Below, piece by piece: positions 1-9,631 of a stretch of 64,000 nucleotides of DNA (positions are counted from its first letter, which is position 1; the number at the start of each line of letters is the position of its first letter). The stretch covers positions 1-64,000 of the forward strand of contig JBNKOC010000003.1 in NCBI GenBank assembly GCA_050294405.1. Reading direction: 5' to 3'. This DNA comes from Fibrobacteria bacterium (GTDB lineage Bacteria > Fibrobacterota > Fibrobacteria > UBA11236 > JADFYW01). The notes under the pieces were generated by a model. The model searched no databases. It had not been told where the DNA came from and saw only the letters and a list, made by a program, of their open reading frames with translations. The position numbers were made by a program, and so were the translations under genes.

Positions 1-51
1 AAAAACTACATTTTCAGGTCTTTCCCAAAATTACCCGTCATAATTTCTATA

Positions 52-1137
52 ATGATTTTGAACATGGATAAACCGCTGAAACTTTTAATGATAGGCTCAG
101 GCCAAATGGCCGGCGAACACGCCATGGCTTATTCTAAAAACCCGGCCTTTGAGTTGGCTGGCGTGCTGGATATCCATAGAGAAAATGCTCACAACTTTTC
201 CCAAAAAATGCAGAATATACCAGTATTTGATGATTTTGAGGAAGCCCTTTTAACCAGCAATCCCGGGGCTATTTGCATTTGCAGTTGGGCAGACTCCCAT
301 TTTTTTTATGCCAAAAAGGGGCTGGAAGCTGGCCTTCATATTTTTGTGGAAAAACCGCCGGCGTTGAGTGTTAACAATTACCGGGAACTGGTAAAATTGG
401 CCGTTGAAAAAAGCCGAGTTTTAATGGGGGGATTTATCCTGCACTGGCACCCTGCTTATGACTACTGGATTTCAAATTGCCGAAAATTTACCGAATCAGC
501 TCAATTAAAAATCAACTTCATGCAGCACAGCCAGGGTAAAAAATGGGAAAGCCAATTACGCCAATTGAATTTTTGTTCAGTTTTGCTGGATGCGGGAATC
601 CACTATGTGGATGTTATTTTGCAAATGGCCCAATGCCTTCCGGAATTTATCGATTGTCGGGCTCAAAATTTAGCTCCCCAAAATCACGGCTTCCCCAATG
701 TTTACGAGTTGGATTTGTATTTTCCAAATAATTTCCGAGCTAGTTTGAATTTGGGATGGGGGCCCTATTTTCCTCCCAGAGGAATCCACCACAAACAGTT
801 CTTTTCTCAAAAGGCTCATTTTAATCTGGAGTATTTAAATCCAAATCAGCAAGTGGTTACCGGAAAAGCGGATGGGGTTCCCAGTTTCCAGGAATTTAAT
901 ATGTCTCGCCTTGAATTATGCGCCCTTCAAGCTCAAAAGTTTGCCGAAGCCATAGAAAAAAATCTCAGCATGGATAGACAGCACCAGCGAGGGCTTAACG
1001 CCATGGAAATTTTGGAAAGGGCCGAAGAATCACGGGTGCAAGGTCAAAAATTATCCTTCCTTTCAAATTTTTCGGGCAATGGCCACACCAGGGCCCGGGT
1101 TGGCGAACTCCAGGAGCTCCATTCCGGCCAGCTCTAG
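52..1137 (+). CDS. Gfo/Idh/MocA family NAD(P)-dependent oxidoreductase
   Basis: N-terminal Rossmann motif IGSGQMA, 'HIFVEKP' motif, 'DAGIHYVD'; 3' end overlaps the convergent methyltransferase by 75 bp. Confidence 0.85.
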   Translation: MILNMDKPLKLLMIGSGQMAGEHAMAYSKNPAFELAGVLDIHRENAHNFSQKMQNIPVFDDFEEALLTSNPGAICICSWADSHFFYAKKGLEAGLHIFVEKPPALSVNNYRELVKLAVEKSRVLMGGFILHWHPAYDYWISNCRKFTESAQLKINFMQHSQGKKWESQLRQLNFCSVLLDAGIHYVDVILQMAQCLPEFIDCRAQNLAPQNHGFPNVYELDLYFPNNFRASLNLGWGPYFPPRGIHHKQFFSQKAHFNLEYLNPNQQVVTGKADGVPSFQEFNMSRLELCALQAQKFAEAIEKNLSMDRQHQRGLNAMEILERAEESRVQGQKLSFLSNFSGNGHTRARVGELQELHSGQL

Positions 1138-1839
1138 TTCTTCCCTAAGCTCATTTTCAGTGAAATAATGGATGAAATTGGGCGAAAGCAAATCGCCTTT
1201 TTGCGGCCCCGGAGTATTTTTAAAAATTCCAGCGATAATTCCACCGGCAACTGCAATCCATTTAAAACTTTTGTCCTCTTCGCTCCGTACAAAAAAAGAG
1301 AGCATCACTGGAGCAGCTTCATTTAGGTTTTGGGCTACTTGCTTTAAAAAGTTTACCCGGTTTATTTTGCCGGGGATATGCATGTAAGCCGACCATCCCA
1401 CCAGGCAGCCGTCCCATTTTTTGCCTGTAGCAGGACAGTTGTCTCTGGGAGCTAATTCCAGGGACGCATCGAGAGCTGACTTTTCTAAAAAGTATTTTCC
1501 TCTTTCCAGCAGGACGGAATTGCATTCAAACCCTCGAACATGTTTTCCACGCGTTGCCAAGGCAATCACTTCTCTTCCTGAACCGGCCCCTGGCACAAGT
1601 ACCGAATCCAATTCTGTAAAATATTTTTCAATATATCCCTCTTCCCATTTGTAAAAACCCCTCATGTTATGTTCTTCGCTTTGATACATATCCCAATGCT
1701 GGTAATAATGGTTGTCCAGCAGATGGAGCTTTTCCGTATTGAAAACTCCCAGCCAAAAAGCGGAATTCAGCCCATCCATAATGAAGGCAAATTTTTGCCG
1801 TAAATTGTGAAGGCGCAAATATATTTGCAGAAATTTCAT
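1063..1839 (-). CDS. class I SAM-dependent methyltransferase
   Basis: Motif I VLVPGAGSGRE followed by an acidic residue at the end of beta2 (VRGFE); 258 aa. Confidence 0.8.
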   Translation of the reverse strand: MKFLQIYLRLHNLRQKFAFIMDGLNSAFWLGVFNTEKLHLLDNHYYQHWDMYQSEEHNMRGFYKWEEGYIEKYFTELDSVLVPGAGSGREVIALATRGKHVRGFECNSVLLERGKYFLEKSALDASLELAPRDNCPATGKKWDGCLVGWSAYMHIPGKINRVNFLKQVAQNLNEAAPVMLSFFVRSEEDKSFKWIAVAGGIIAGIFKNTPGPQKGDLLSPNFIHYFTENELREELELAGMELLEFANPGPGVAIARKI

Positions 1840-1844
1840 GTGGC

Positions 1845-2567
1845 TCAGGCTGCCATGTCAAGGGTTAAACTTTTTCCAGAAAAGGCCATTTCTCTGGAGC
1901 TGATTTTAATTTCAGGAGCCCATATTTCCAGGCCGTTTTTATGGGCCTTGCAAAGGGCCTCACTGTATTTGGCATCCAGCTCGAAAGCGGGGCTAAATGT
2001 ATGGCAATCGCTTCGCATCACCATAAATACCAGGGCCACGCGGTAGCCGGCCTTTTTGCTTTTCATCAAATCTTCTATGTGTTTAAGGCCCCTTTGGGTT
2101 ACCGCATCGGGAAATTGGGCCAGCCCCTTTTTTAGGCTCAGGGTTACAGATTTAACCTCCACTAACATATTTAATTCCGGTAAATAAAAATCCAGCCGGG
2201 AATCCAGATGTTTGTATTCTGCCGCAAAATTTTGTTGTCCGGCTCCAAAGGGAGCCAGTTTTTCCTCCAAAATTTTGGCCATTAATTTATTGGCTCTATG
2301 AGTGTTTACTCCCACCCAGCTGTTACCGGATTTTAAGGCCTCCAGGGTATAGGCTAGCTTTCTTTTGGGATTGTCAGAGGGCTCAAGTAAACAAGGCACA
2401 GGCTCGTTAATTAAGCCTTTCATAGACCCCGTATTGGGCAAATGGGCGGTAACCGTATCGTGGCTTTCCCCTAGCAAACAATCGGCAAAAAAACGTTTAT
2501 ATCGCTTTTGAAACTTTCCGGTTAAAAGTGCAGGAGAAAATTTTACGAGGGTCTTTGTTTTTTCCAC
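1845..2567 (-). CDS. sfsA: DNA/RNA nuclease SfsA (sugar fermentation stimulation protein)
   Basis: Hallmark motifs KRYKRFFAD, HLPNTGSM, VGVNTHRAN, SRLDF, VEVKSVTL, FPDAVTQRGLKH; GTG start. Confidence 0.95.
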   Translation of the reverse strand: MEKTKTLVKFSPALLTGKFQKRYKRFFADCLLGESHDTVTAHLPNTGSMKGLINEPVPCLLEPSDNPKRKLAYTLEALKSGNSWVGVNTHRANKLMAKILEEKLAPFGAGQQNFAAEYKHLDSRLDFYLPELNMLVEVKSVTLSLKKGLAQFPDAVTQRGLKHIEDLMKSKKAGYRVALVFMVMRSDCHTFSPAFELDAKYSEALCKAHKNGLEIWAPEIKISSREMAFSGKSLTLDMAA

Positions 2568-2590
2568 AGACCCAAAATATTGTATAAAGC

Positions 2591-4084
2591 CTATTTTACG
2601 GAAAGGGGTAAACCGTATTCCACTTCCAGAATATTTAAATGAACCGGGGGAGGAATGAATTTTTCCTCATCAGGAGGGTCCATAATAATTTTCAGGCTAT
2701 TGGCCTCTGCTTCCGGAGCGGGTGAGGACACCAGCCTTATTTGGCTTGGAGTATTGATATTGGAAAAAATTCCCGAAATAATACCGCTATCGCTGCTTTG
2801 TATTTGAGCGGTTTCTTTTTGCAGCGATTCTTCGGTAGGAATTTCCATTCTGGAATAATGGGGTTGCAAGCGAAACTTGTTGTATACAAGCAAAGGAGCT
2901 TCTAAAGGTTCGTATACAATTTTACTGGCTGCAATGGCAAACATTTCATTTAGGGCCACAGCTCCGGCTACATCGTGGTGTACGGAATCCTCCAACTGAT
3001 GTTGGTTGTCCCGATACCAGGGGTAGGGGTCCATAATCGGTTTACCCGTTACCAGGTCCACGGCGTATGGACACAATTCCCGGATGATAGGGTCGATTAC
3101 AAATTCATTATAGGGAAGCGACCCCAAACCTTCGCTATGGGGCTGGTGAGGGAGCACCACTTCGGGATAATTTCTAAAAGTAAGCCGGGAGGGAATCGGC
3201 AGCATATTGTAGTTACGGGCGTTGTATATGATCTGCCGATAGGATTTATCCAATACGTCTTTTCCTCCGGGAAAAGGACGCATCAAGGATACGTTATTGC
3301 CTCCGTGGTGGAAGGCGAAAAATGTAGCTTTGGGGTTCTCCGGCAATACCCATTTTTTCTGGCGTTTAACCCCTTTTTGGATCACCTCTCCACTCTTTGC
3401 GGAGTTGATAACAATGGGGTATCTATCGGGATAAAAACTGCTGATTAAATCGGAAAATAAGGAAGGAGATTTGTCTTCGCTTACTCCGGCTCCCATGTCC
3501 ATGGCGATTACACTGGCGCCAAAAAATATCCAGTAGTCGTTTTTCTGGCCTTCAGGCGCAGCCCTAAAAACATCGAGCCTGGAAAGAGATACATGCACAT
3601 TAGAGTACTCGGCCACTTTTATCCATTTGGGCTTGTTGTTGGGAATAACATCAACTCGATCCCGTCGGCGGTTTTTAACTTTTTTAACTACTTTCCAGTC
3701 TCCGTCATACCCGTCAGTGGAGTTGTGGCTGGTTAAAATTTTATATTTGTTCAGGCTGTAGCTGGCATCATTCCAGTCTCCTACGCCACTGGAGCGATAA
3801 TGCACCATCAAATAATCGGCATCTTCTATATCGGTAGCATTTATTTGGATAGCCACCCAAAAAGGGCCTTGGCCTTCCCAAACGGTGGCATCTTTTCCGT
3901 CGTTTAAAAATTTCAGACTTGGGTCCATTTTGCTGGAAACAATCTTTTTTCCTAACGAAAGGCACATGTTAGTGGCCACATGGGGAAGCTCTGTATTGCC
4001 AGTGCTTGTTAACGCCATGGCACTGCCTAAGGCGAACCCTAATGTATATGTAAGAAGTTTTTTAAACATAATTCTCTGGAACAT
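2591..4084 (-). CDS. secreted SGNH/GDSL-like hydrolase with N-terminal discoidin/galactose-binding-like domain
   Basis: Signal peptide; block I FFGAS, block II NSAKSG, block III HHGGNN, block V DSVH; N-terminal 'LNDGKDATVW..WVAI' discoidin-like pattern; alternative start 4069. Confidence 0.6.
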   Translation of the reverse strand: MFQRIMFKKLLTYTLGFALGSAMALTSTGNTELPHVATNMCLSLGKKIVSSKMDPSLKFLNDGKDATVWEGQGPFWVAIQINATDIEDADYLMVHYRSSGVGDWNDASYSLNKYKILTSHNSTDGYDGDWKVVKKVKNRRRDRVDVIPNNKPKWIKVAEYSNVHVSLSRLDVFRAAPEGQKNDYWIFFGASVIAMDMGAGVSEDKSPSLFSDLISSFYPDRYPIVINSAKSGEVIQKGVKRQKKWVLPENPKATFFAFHHGGNNVSLMRPFPGGKDVLDKSYRQIIYNARNYNMLPIPSRLTFRNYPEVVLPHQPHSEGLGSLPYNEFVIDPIIRELCPYAVDLVTGKPIMDPYPWYRDNQHQLEDSVHHDVAGAVALNEMFAIAASKIVYEPLEAPLLVYNKFRLQPHYSRMEIPTEESLQKETAQIQSSDSGIISGIFSNINTPSQIRLVSSPAPEAEANSLKIIMDPPDEEKFIPPPVHLNILEVEYGLPLSVK

Positions 4085-4666
4085 TACAATTAGTTGCGAT
4101 CACAGGCATTCCTTAAATTACCGGCCTCGGGAAAGATCCCCTATAAATATTATACCAAACTTTCTACGGCAAAATGCCAGCAACGGTCTAAATTTTTTAG
4201 TTTTTTTAGGGAAAAGTTGAGCTTTGGCTGTTTTTTACAGCTTGTTTTAGGGCATGGATCAGTCGGGGGTTTAGAAACTACGGATAAAAATCGGAAGCTG
4301 ATTTTGATGCTGGCCATAACCAAAAATCGAAGAGGCCGTTGTAATTTTTTAAATTCCGGGCGCAATAAATTACATGCTAATAAATTGATTATAACATTTA
4401 ACGTCTTTTTAAAGCCAAAGACTAGGCTATGGTTATTGGGTTGGGTAAAAAAAATATAAGACAACTGAAAGAAATATCAACTGATTTTTTAAAAAAGATT
4501 TTTTTTAACCAAATATTGAAAAAAAATACCAACTTTACTTATCTTTCTGACTGGTTATTATGATCTGCCTATTGGATGAGCAGGTCGTTGGCGGGATTGG
4601 GGTTCGTACAACCACTGCCACATACATATACTTTTAAACCCAACTGTTTTTGCAGGGTAATATATT

Positions 4667-6364
4667 TTGGATATTTTAAAGTTTAAAAATGCTATTCTTT
4701 TGTCTGCCCTTTGGTTTTTGCCAATGTTATCTATGGCGGAAATTGAATACGAGCCTCTTAACATATCCGCCCTTCAGGAATTCGGCATGGTTTACAATGG
4801 CCAGCTCGATGCGGGCCAATTGCCCTTTGAAAGAATCTGGGTGGACCATTTGGGTGCCTTTGTCAATCAAAACGCCAGAATCAATGATAGATTTAGCGCA
4901 ATGGTGGGTTTTGGAGGCATTTTCCAGTTCCCCCTTCCAGAAAGGCCTTCTTCGGCAGGTAAACCACCTTCAGCCAAATGGCCCAGTTTGCGCACCAAAT
5001 TCTTTTTTATAGCGCCCAGCGGGCATTTGCAATACGTATTTGGCGATCCCGAATATCCCTGGTTAAAAATCAAGGGCGGTTTGTTAATGCCCTATAAGTA
5101 CAACCATAATGCCCATAATCTGGGAGAATATTTAATCCGCACCGAGCCGTACCCCAACCTGTTAACCAGTGGGGGCATGTTAATGGCAAATAGCTCAGCG
5201 GCTTTTGTTAAAGGGTTAATTGGGGAAATGAACTTTGGAGCTTTTAACCTGGATTTATTATTACTGACGGAAAGTTCCATGCCTCCTCTATACAATTTGT
5301 CCCTGGCCGCTGTGGGAAAGTATACGGCGGGCGAGGGCATTTTTGAATTGGGAGCTGGCGTTAATTTTAAGCGTTTCATTCCGGTTATTAACGAGTCCTC
5401 TAAAAATAAAGAAAGTGCGGAAAACGCCTATGTTAAACTAAACGGCCGTTATGTAAGTGGAAATGTGGGTTATTATCTGGAACCCCAAACTTATTATGAA
5501 AATCAGGCTAAAAGTTTACGAGCTAACAACAATGCGGCCGACTCGGCCCTGGCCAATATTCAGGAGCAAAAGGCCATAGGTTACGAGCGTCAGGTGGATA
5601 TTATCCGCGAACTTAATTCGGTAGTATTTAACTGGGAAAAACTACAAACACAAATTAAAGAACAGCCCCAATTGCGCGATTCCTTATTAGCCGCTTTTTA
5701 CGCTCAGGATTTAGCCGATGTAAATGCCGCCATCCCCGGGGCAAGTGGAGTGGCGCTGGATTCTTTAAATGACCTGGCCTATATTTATCAGAATATACGG
5801 GGCTATGAAGATTATTACCCTTACAAAGGCATAATGCTGTCCGCCTTTGCTTCCTTGGATTTGGGCAAGATTGTGGATCCGGATAAAAATTGGGTGGGGC
5901 CCAAAGGCCTTCGAATATTTGCCGAGGCTGCTTTGTTAGGAGTTCAGGACTACCCGGTATTTTACGAGGATAAAACAAAGCGTATGCCCATTATGTTCGG
6001 CTTTAATTTGCCTACATTTGGAATTTTGGATGTAATCAGCCTTCAGGCGGAAATTTACAACTCGGAACATTTAAACCTGTTGAACGGCAGGGCGGGGGAC
6101 AATAATATACCCGGCTATCCTCTGGGAACTATTGATTATTATTCGGAACTGGATTACAGCGATGTGGCCAAAAAAGACAATTTGAAATGGAGTGTGCTTT
6201 TGCAAAAGCAGTTTTCCATTGTGAGTTTTCAACTGCAATTTGCCAGGGACCATTTGCGCCTGGTCCACGATAAGTTTTTTCTGGGGCCGGGTTTTGAAAG
6301 CGGCGTTATGACTCCCCGGGAAGACAGCTGGTATTGGGCCTTTCAAATGGGGATGGGCATATAA
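4667..6364 (+). CDS. putative outer-membrane beta-barrel protein, paralog 1 of a tandem triplet
   Basis: Signal peptide, amphipathic strands, aromatic-rich C-terminus (WYWAFQMGMGI); shares blocks with the next two ORFs. Confidence 0.6.
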   Translation: MDILKFKNAILLSALWFLPMLSMAEIEYEPLNISALQEFGMVYNGQLDAGQLPFERIWVDHLGAFVNQNARINDRFSAMVGFGGIFQFPLPERPSSAGKPPSAKWPSLRTKFFFIAPSGHLQYVFGDPEYPWLKIKGGLLMPYKYNHNAHNLGEYLIRTEPYPNLLTSGGMLMANSSAAFVKGLIGEMNFGAFNLDLLLLTESSMPPLYNLSLAAVGKYTAGEGIFELGAGVNFKRFIPVINESSKNKESAENAYVKLNGRYVSGNVGYYLEPQTYYENQAKSLRANNNAADSALANIQEQKAIGYERQVDIIRELNSVVFNWEKLQTQIKEQPQLRDSLLAAFYAQDLADVNAAIPGASGVALDSLNDLAYIYQNIRGYEDYYPYKGIMLSAFASLDLGKIVDPDKNWVGPKGLRIFAEAALLGVQDYPVFYEDKTKRMPIMFGFNLPTFGILDVISLQAEIYNSEHLNLLNGRAGDNNIPGYPLGTIDYYSELDYSDVAKKDNLKWSVLLQKQFSIVSFQLQFARDHLRLVHDKFFLGPGFESGVMTPREDSWYWAFQMGMGI

Positions 6365-6366
6365 AT

Positions 6367-7905
6367 ATGGCTAAGTATATATACTCAATCCTTCGGGTCT
6401 GTTTATTTGGAGTTCTTGTGCTGGCTAATAGCTATGCAGGGGATAATTACATAGAGCACGGTCCCTTAAAAATATGGGGAGCTCAGGAAATGGGCATGTT
6501 GCAGGGCGGGGTTTTTGCCGATCAGAATATGGAATTCAGCGATGCCTGGGTGGATAATTTTGGAGCCTCTTTTACTAAGGAGGCCATTGTAAACGAGGTT
6601 ATACGACTGTCCGTTGGGGTAGGGGGCGTATTCCGTTTTCCCAAACCCGAATGGACGGATATTAAATTTGGCGGCAGTCAGGCAGTATGGTTTTATGTGG
6701 GCCCCACCATTGCAGAAGGGGCTTATGTTTTTAGCGGAAACTGGGAAGAACCAATTTTTTCAATGGCCTTTGGGGCTTTTCCCTATAAATACAACCGCGA
6801 CGCCCACAACCTGGGAGAATATTTATTTCGCAGCACAGCTTATCCCACCACGGTGACAACAGGCGGGCTTATGATGATAGGCAACAACGGAACACAGCTC
6901 CAGGGTTTGCGTCTTTCTTATAGCAATTTCAATTTCCATGGGGATTTGTTAGTGACCACGGAAACTTCCTTGCCCCCCTTTTACGATTGGAGCGTGTCTT
7001 TAGTCGCCGATTATCAAATTGCCGGTGGCCTTATTGAAGTGGGCGCAGGAGTGGCCTTAAAACGCATATTGCCTATGTTTGCGGATTCCACCACTCCCAA
7101 AATGTTGGAAAACGCCATTTTTACAGACAGCCAAACTGGAAGAGAGCTGATAGGAAATTCTGCTTTTTATGAGCAACGGGCCACTTTTTACAAAAACAAA
7201 ATCGATTCTATCCGTAACGGAAAAGATGTGGGAGATACCTTATCACTTCAGGTCATGGCCGATTCTTTGGAGGCCATCGGAACTCTAATAGCTGGTCTTC
7301 GCAGTGAGGTAAGCAGCCAGGGCAAAGACAAAGTGCTGGATTCCCTTAACGCTGATTTTTTCACCAACCAAAATTTGTCTTTGATGTTTAGAGCGGCCAT
7401 TGATTTCAAAAAATTGATTCCTTCCGATTTATTTTCCGAAGAAGATTTACGACTTTACGCCGAGCTTAATGTTTTAGGCTGGAAAAATTATCCTGTATTG
7501 TATACAGACCGGAAAAACAGAATGCCCCTTATGTTTGGTTTTAATTTTCCCGCTTTTGGAATTTTGGATTTGCTAAGTGTGCAAGTGGAATGGTGGGATA
7601 ACCCTTATTTAAACAACCACCTCAATTTGGGAGACGGCAACATTCCCCAGCCCTATTTCAATTCTTATTACTCTTATGCCGAAGACGGGGAATACATGGG
7701 AGTTACTAAAAACGATAATCTATATTGGTCCATATTGGCTAAAAAAGAATTTTTGCCCGGCATTGTATTCTCCGCCCAAGTGGGACGGGACCATTTAAGG
7801 GTATCTTCTCCCGGGTATTTTTACGGTAGCAGAGAAGATCCCAATGAGGTTTTTGTCCGTGGCGATGACTGGTACTGGTCTTTCCAACTGGCGTGGGGGC
7901 TATAA
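6367..7905 (+). CDS. putative outer-membrane beta-barrel protein, paralog 2
   Basis: ATG at 6367 just after the upstream stop; signal peptide; shared motifs YKYN..A..LGEYLFR, TTETSLPP, RMPLMFGFN, DWYWSFQLAWGL. Confidence 0.6.
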   Translation: MAKYIYSILRVCLFGVLVLANSYAGDNYIEHGPLKIWGAQEMGMLQGGVFADQNMEFSDAWVDNFGASFTKEAIVNEVIRLSVGVGGVFRFPKPEWTDIKFGGSQAVWFYVGPTIAEGAYVFSGNWEEPIFSMAFGAFPYKYNRDAHNLGEYLFRSTAYPTTVTTGGLMMIGNNGTQLQGLRLSYSNFNFHGDLLVTTETSLPPFYDWSVSLVADYQIAGGLIEVGAGVALKRILPMFADSTTPKMLENAIFTDSQTGRELIGNSAFYEQRATFYKNKIDSIRNGKDVGDTLSLQVMADSLEAIGTLIAGLRSEVSSQGKDKVLDSLNADFFTNQNLSLMFRAAIDFKKLIPSDLFSEEDLRLYAELNVLGWKNYPVLYTDRKNRMPLMFGFNFPAFGILDLLSVQVEWWDNPYLNNHLNLGDGNIPQPYFNSYYSYAEDGEYMGVTKNDNLYWSILAKKEFLPGIVFSAQVGRDHLRVSSPGYFYGSREDPNEVFVRGDDWYWSFQLAWGL

Positions 7906-9512
7906 TGATGCACAGATTTTCCCAAATCAGTTTCATTTTGGCCGCTTGTTTCCTAAAACAGCTTTGGGCCGATGCCAATGTGGTGCGGCATCCTCTTAAC
8001 ATGGGGCTTCAATATGAGTTTGGCGCAGTGGAGAGGGGTACTTACCAGGAACCAGTAGATGGCCAGGTTAGCCAACTGCAAAATGAATGGGTGGACCATA
8101 TCGGCGCCTATTTTATTCAATCCATTACCATTAACGATCGCGTCAAAATGCTGGCCGGTATTGGGGGCAGTTTTCAGTTTAGAAAGCCCCAGGTGAACGG
8201 TGTGGCTTTTGAGGCTTCTTCCCGGGGAGCGCCTTTTTTAGGTCCTATCGGTATGGCAAGCTATGCTTTTGGCGATGTGGAAAACCCCTATCTGGAAATT
8301 TCCGCCGGAAGTATTGCCTATAAATACAATTCTAACTCCAAAGTTTTAGGGGAGTACTTATTTCGTTCTTCTCCCTATCCCACCTTACTGCGCACTGGCG
8401 GTTATCAGATTGTAAACAACTCAAAGGCTTATTTAAGAGGTCTTAAAGCAAGCTATAAACACGAGGGCTTTAGTGCAGACTTATTGCTGACCACGGAAAC
8501 ATCTTTACCTCCGCTATTTGACTTTTCTTTGGGAGCGGTAGCAAAATATTCTTTGTTTGGCGGGGTACTGGAACTTGGCGCCGGATTTTTATCAAAAAGT
8601 TTAATACCCGTAGATCCCGATAGAACTCAGCCTAAACACGATGACTACGCCTATTTTAACTACAACGGAAAATACTATTTAACCAGCGCCAGTTATTATC
8701 GGACCTACCGAATATATTATGATGACCGTCTGTTTGCCGCGGCCGAAGAAATTGAAGGCAGCTTGCCCGGGTTTGATGTGGATACTGTGGGAGCAACCCT
8801 CTCCCAGGAATTGACATTGGCCTTGACCCAAAATGGTGTGGACCCCAACCGTTTTGCTTCTGATTTGGCCCAGCGAAACAAGTGGGACTCCGAATTGACT
8901 ACAGTGCTTGATGTTAAGGATTCCCTTATAGCCAATAACATGGTGGAGTACTATACATTTGCGGGAACCAGTATAATGGGAATGGCAAGTCTGGATATTC
9001 AAAAATGGCTGCCCATTTCTTTTTTAGGCGAGCAGGACTTAAAAATGTATTTCGAAGTGAATTTACTTGGTATTGAAAATTATCCGGTGCTTTTTGAAAA
9101 CCGTATGGACAGGGTTCCACTGGTTTTCGGCATAAACCTGCCCACATTTAAAATTCTGGATTTGTTATCCTTCGAATACGAAATTTGGAACAACCCTCAT
9201 TTAAACAACAGTTATAACATTGGAAAAACCAACCGAGTAGCGCCCTATTTACCTACGGAAGGGCCTCTGGATGGTTCGGACGCGCTTACTAAAAACGATT
9301 TTAACGACGCTACCCAAAGAGATAACATCAAATGGGCCATTATGGCAGAAAAGAAAATTGGAAACAATATCCATATTAGAGCGCAGGCGGGGCGCACCCA
9401 TTTGCAGCTCACCGGAACAGCCTTTTTCTTTGGACCCCAGTATTTAACCCAGGAAGTCACTACTTTGCCCGATGATTGGTACTGGATGTGTCAGCTGGAG
9501 TGGGGAATTTAA
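7905..9512 (+). CDS. putative outer-membrane beta-barrel protein, paralog 3
   Basis: TAATG stop/start overlap at 7903-7907; same conserved blocks; ends DWYWMCQLEWGI. Confidence 0.6.
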   Translation: MMHRFSQISFILAACFLKQLWADANVVRHPLNMGLQYEFGAVERGTYQEPVDGQVSQLQNEWVDHIGAYFIQSITINDRVKMLAGIGGSFQFRKPQVNGVAFEASSRGAPFLGPIGMASYAFGDVENPYLEISAGSIAYKYNSNSKVLGEYLFRSSPYPTLLRTGGYQIVNNSKAYLRGLKASYKHEGFSADLLLTTETSLPPLFDFSLGAVAKYSLFGGVLELGAGFLSKSLIPVDPDRTQPKHDDYAYFNYNGKYYLTSASYYRTYRIYYDDRLFAAAEEIEGSLPGFDVDTVGATLSQELTLALTQNGVDPNRFASDLAQRNKWDSELTTVLDVKDSLIANNMVEYYTFAGTSIMGMASLDIQKWLPISFLGEQDLKMYFEVNLLGIENYPVLFENRMDRVPLVFGINLPTFKILDLLSFEYEIWNNPHLNNSYNIGKTNRVAPYLPTEGPLDGSDALTKNDFNDATQRDNIKWAIMAEKKIGNNIHIRAQAGRTHLQLTGTAFFFGPQYLTQEVTTLPDDWYWMCQLEWGI

Positions 9513-9631
9513 GGGAAAATGGCTAAAAACAAAATAATTAGCACTAATTTAGAGCAAAATTACAAAGTCAATTTTAAAAAGTTTGGTAAATTACCACTAA
9601 GAGTGGGAGACTGGGTTTCTCAGGGGGATAT

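Noticed and set aside
4094..4464. Overlapping 121-aa (+) and 104-aa (-) ORFs in the divergent intergenic region
   Set aside because: No recognisable motifs or SD; K/F/L-rich composition typical of spurious AT-rich ORFs.
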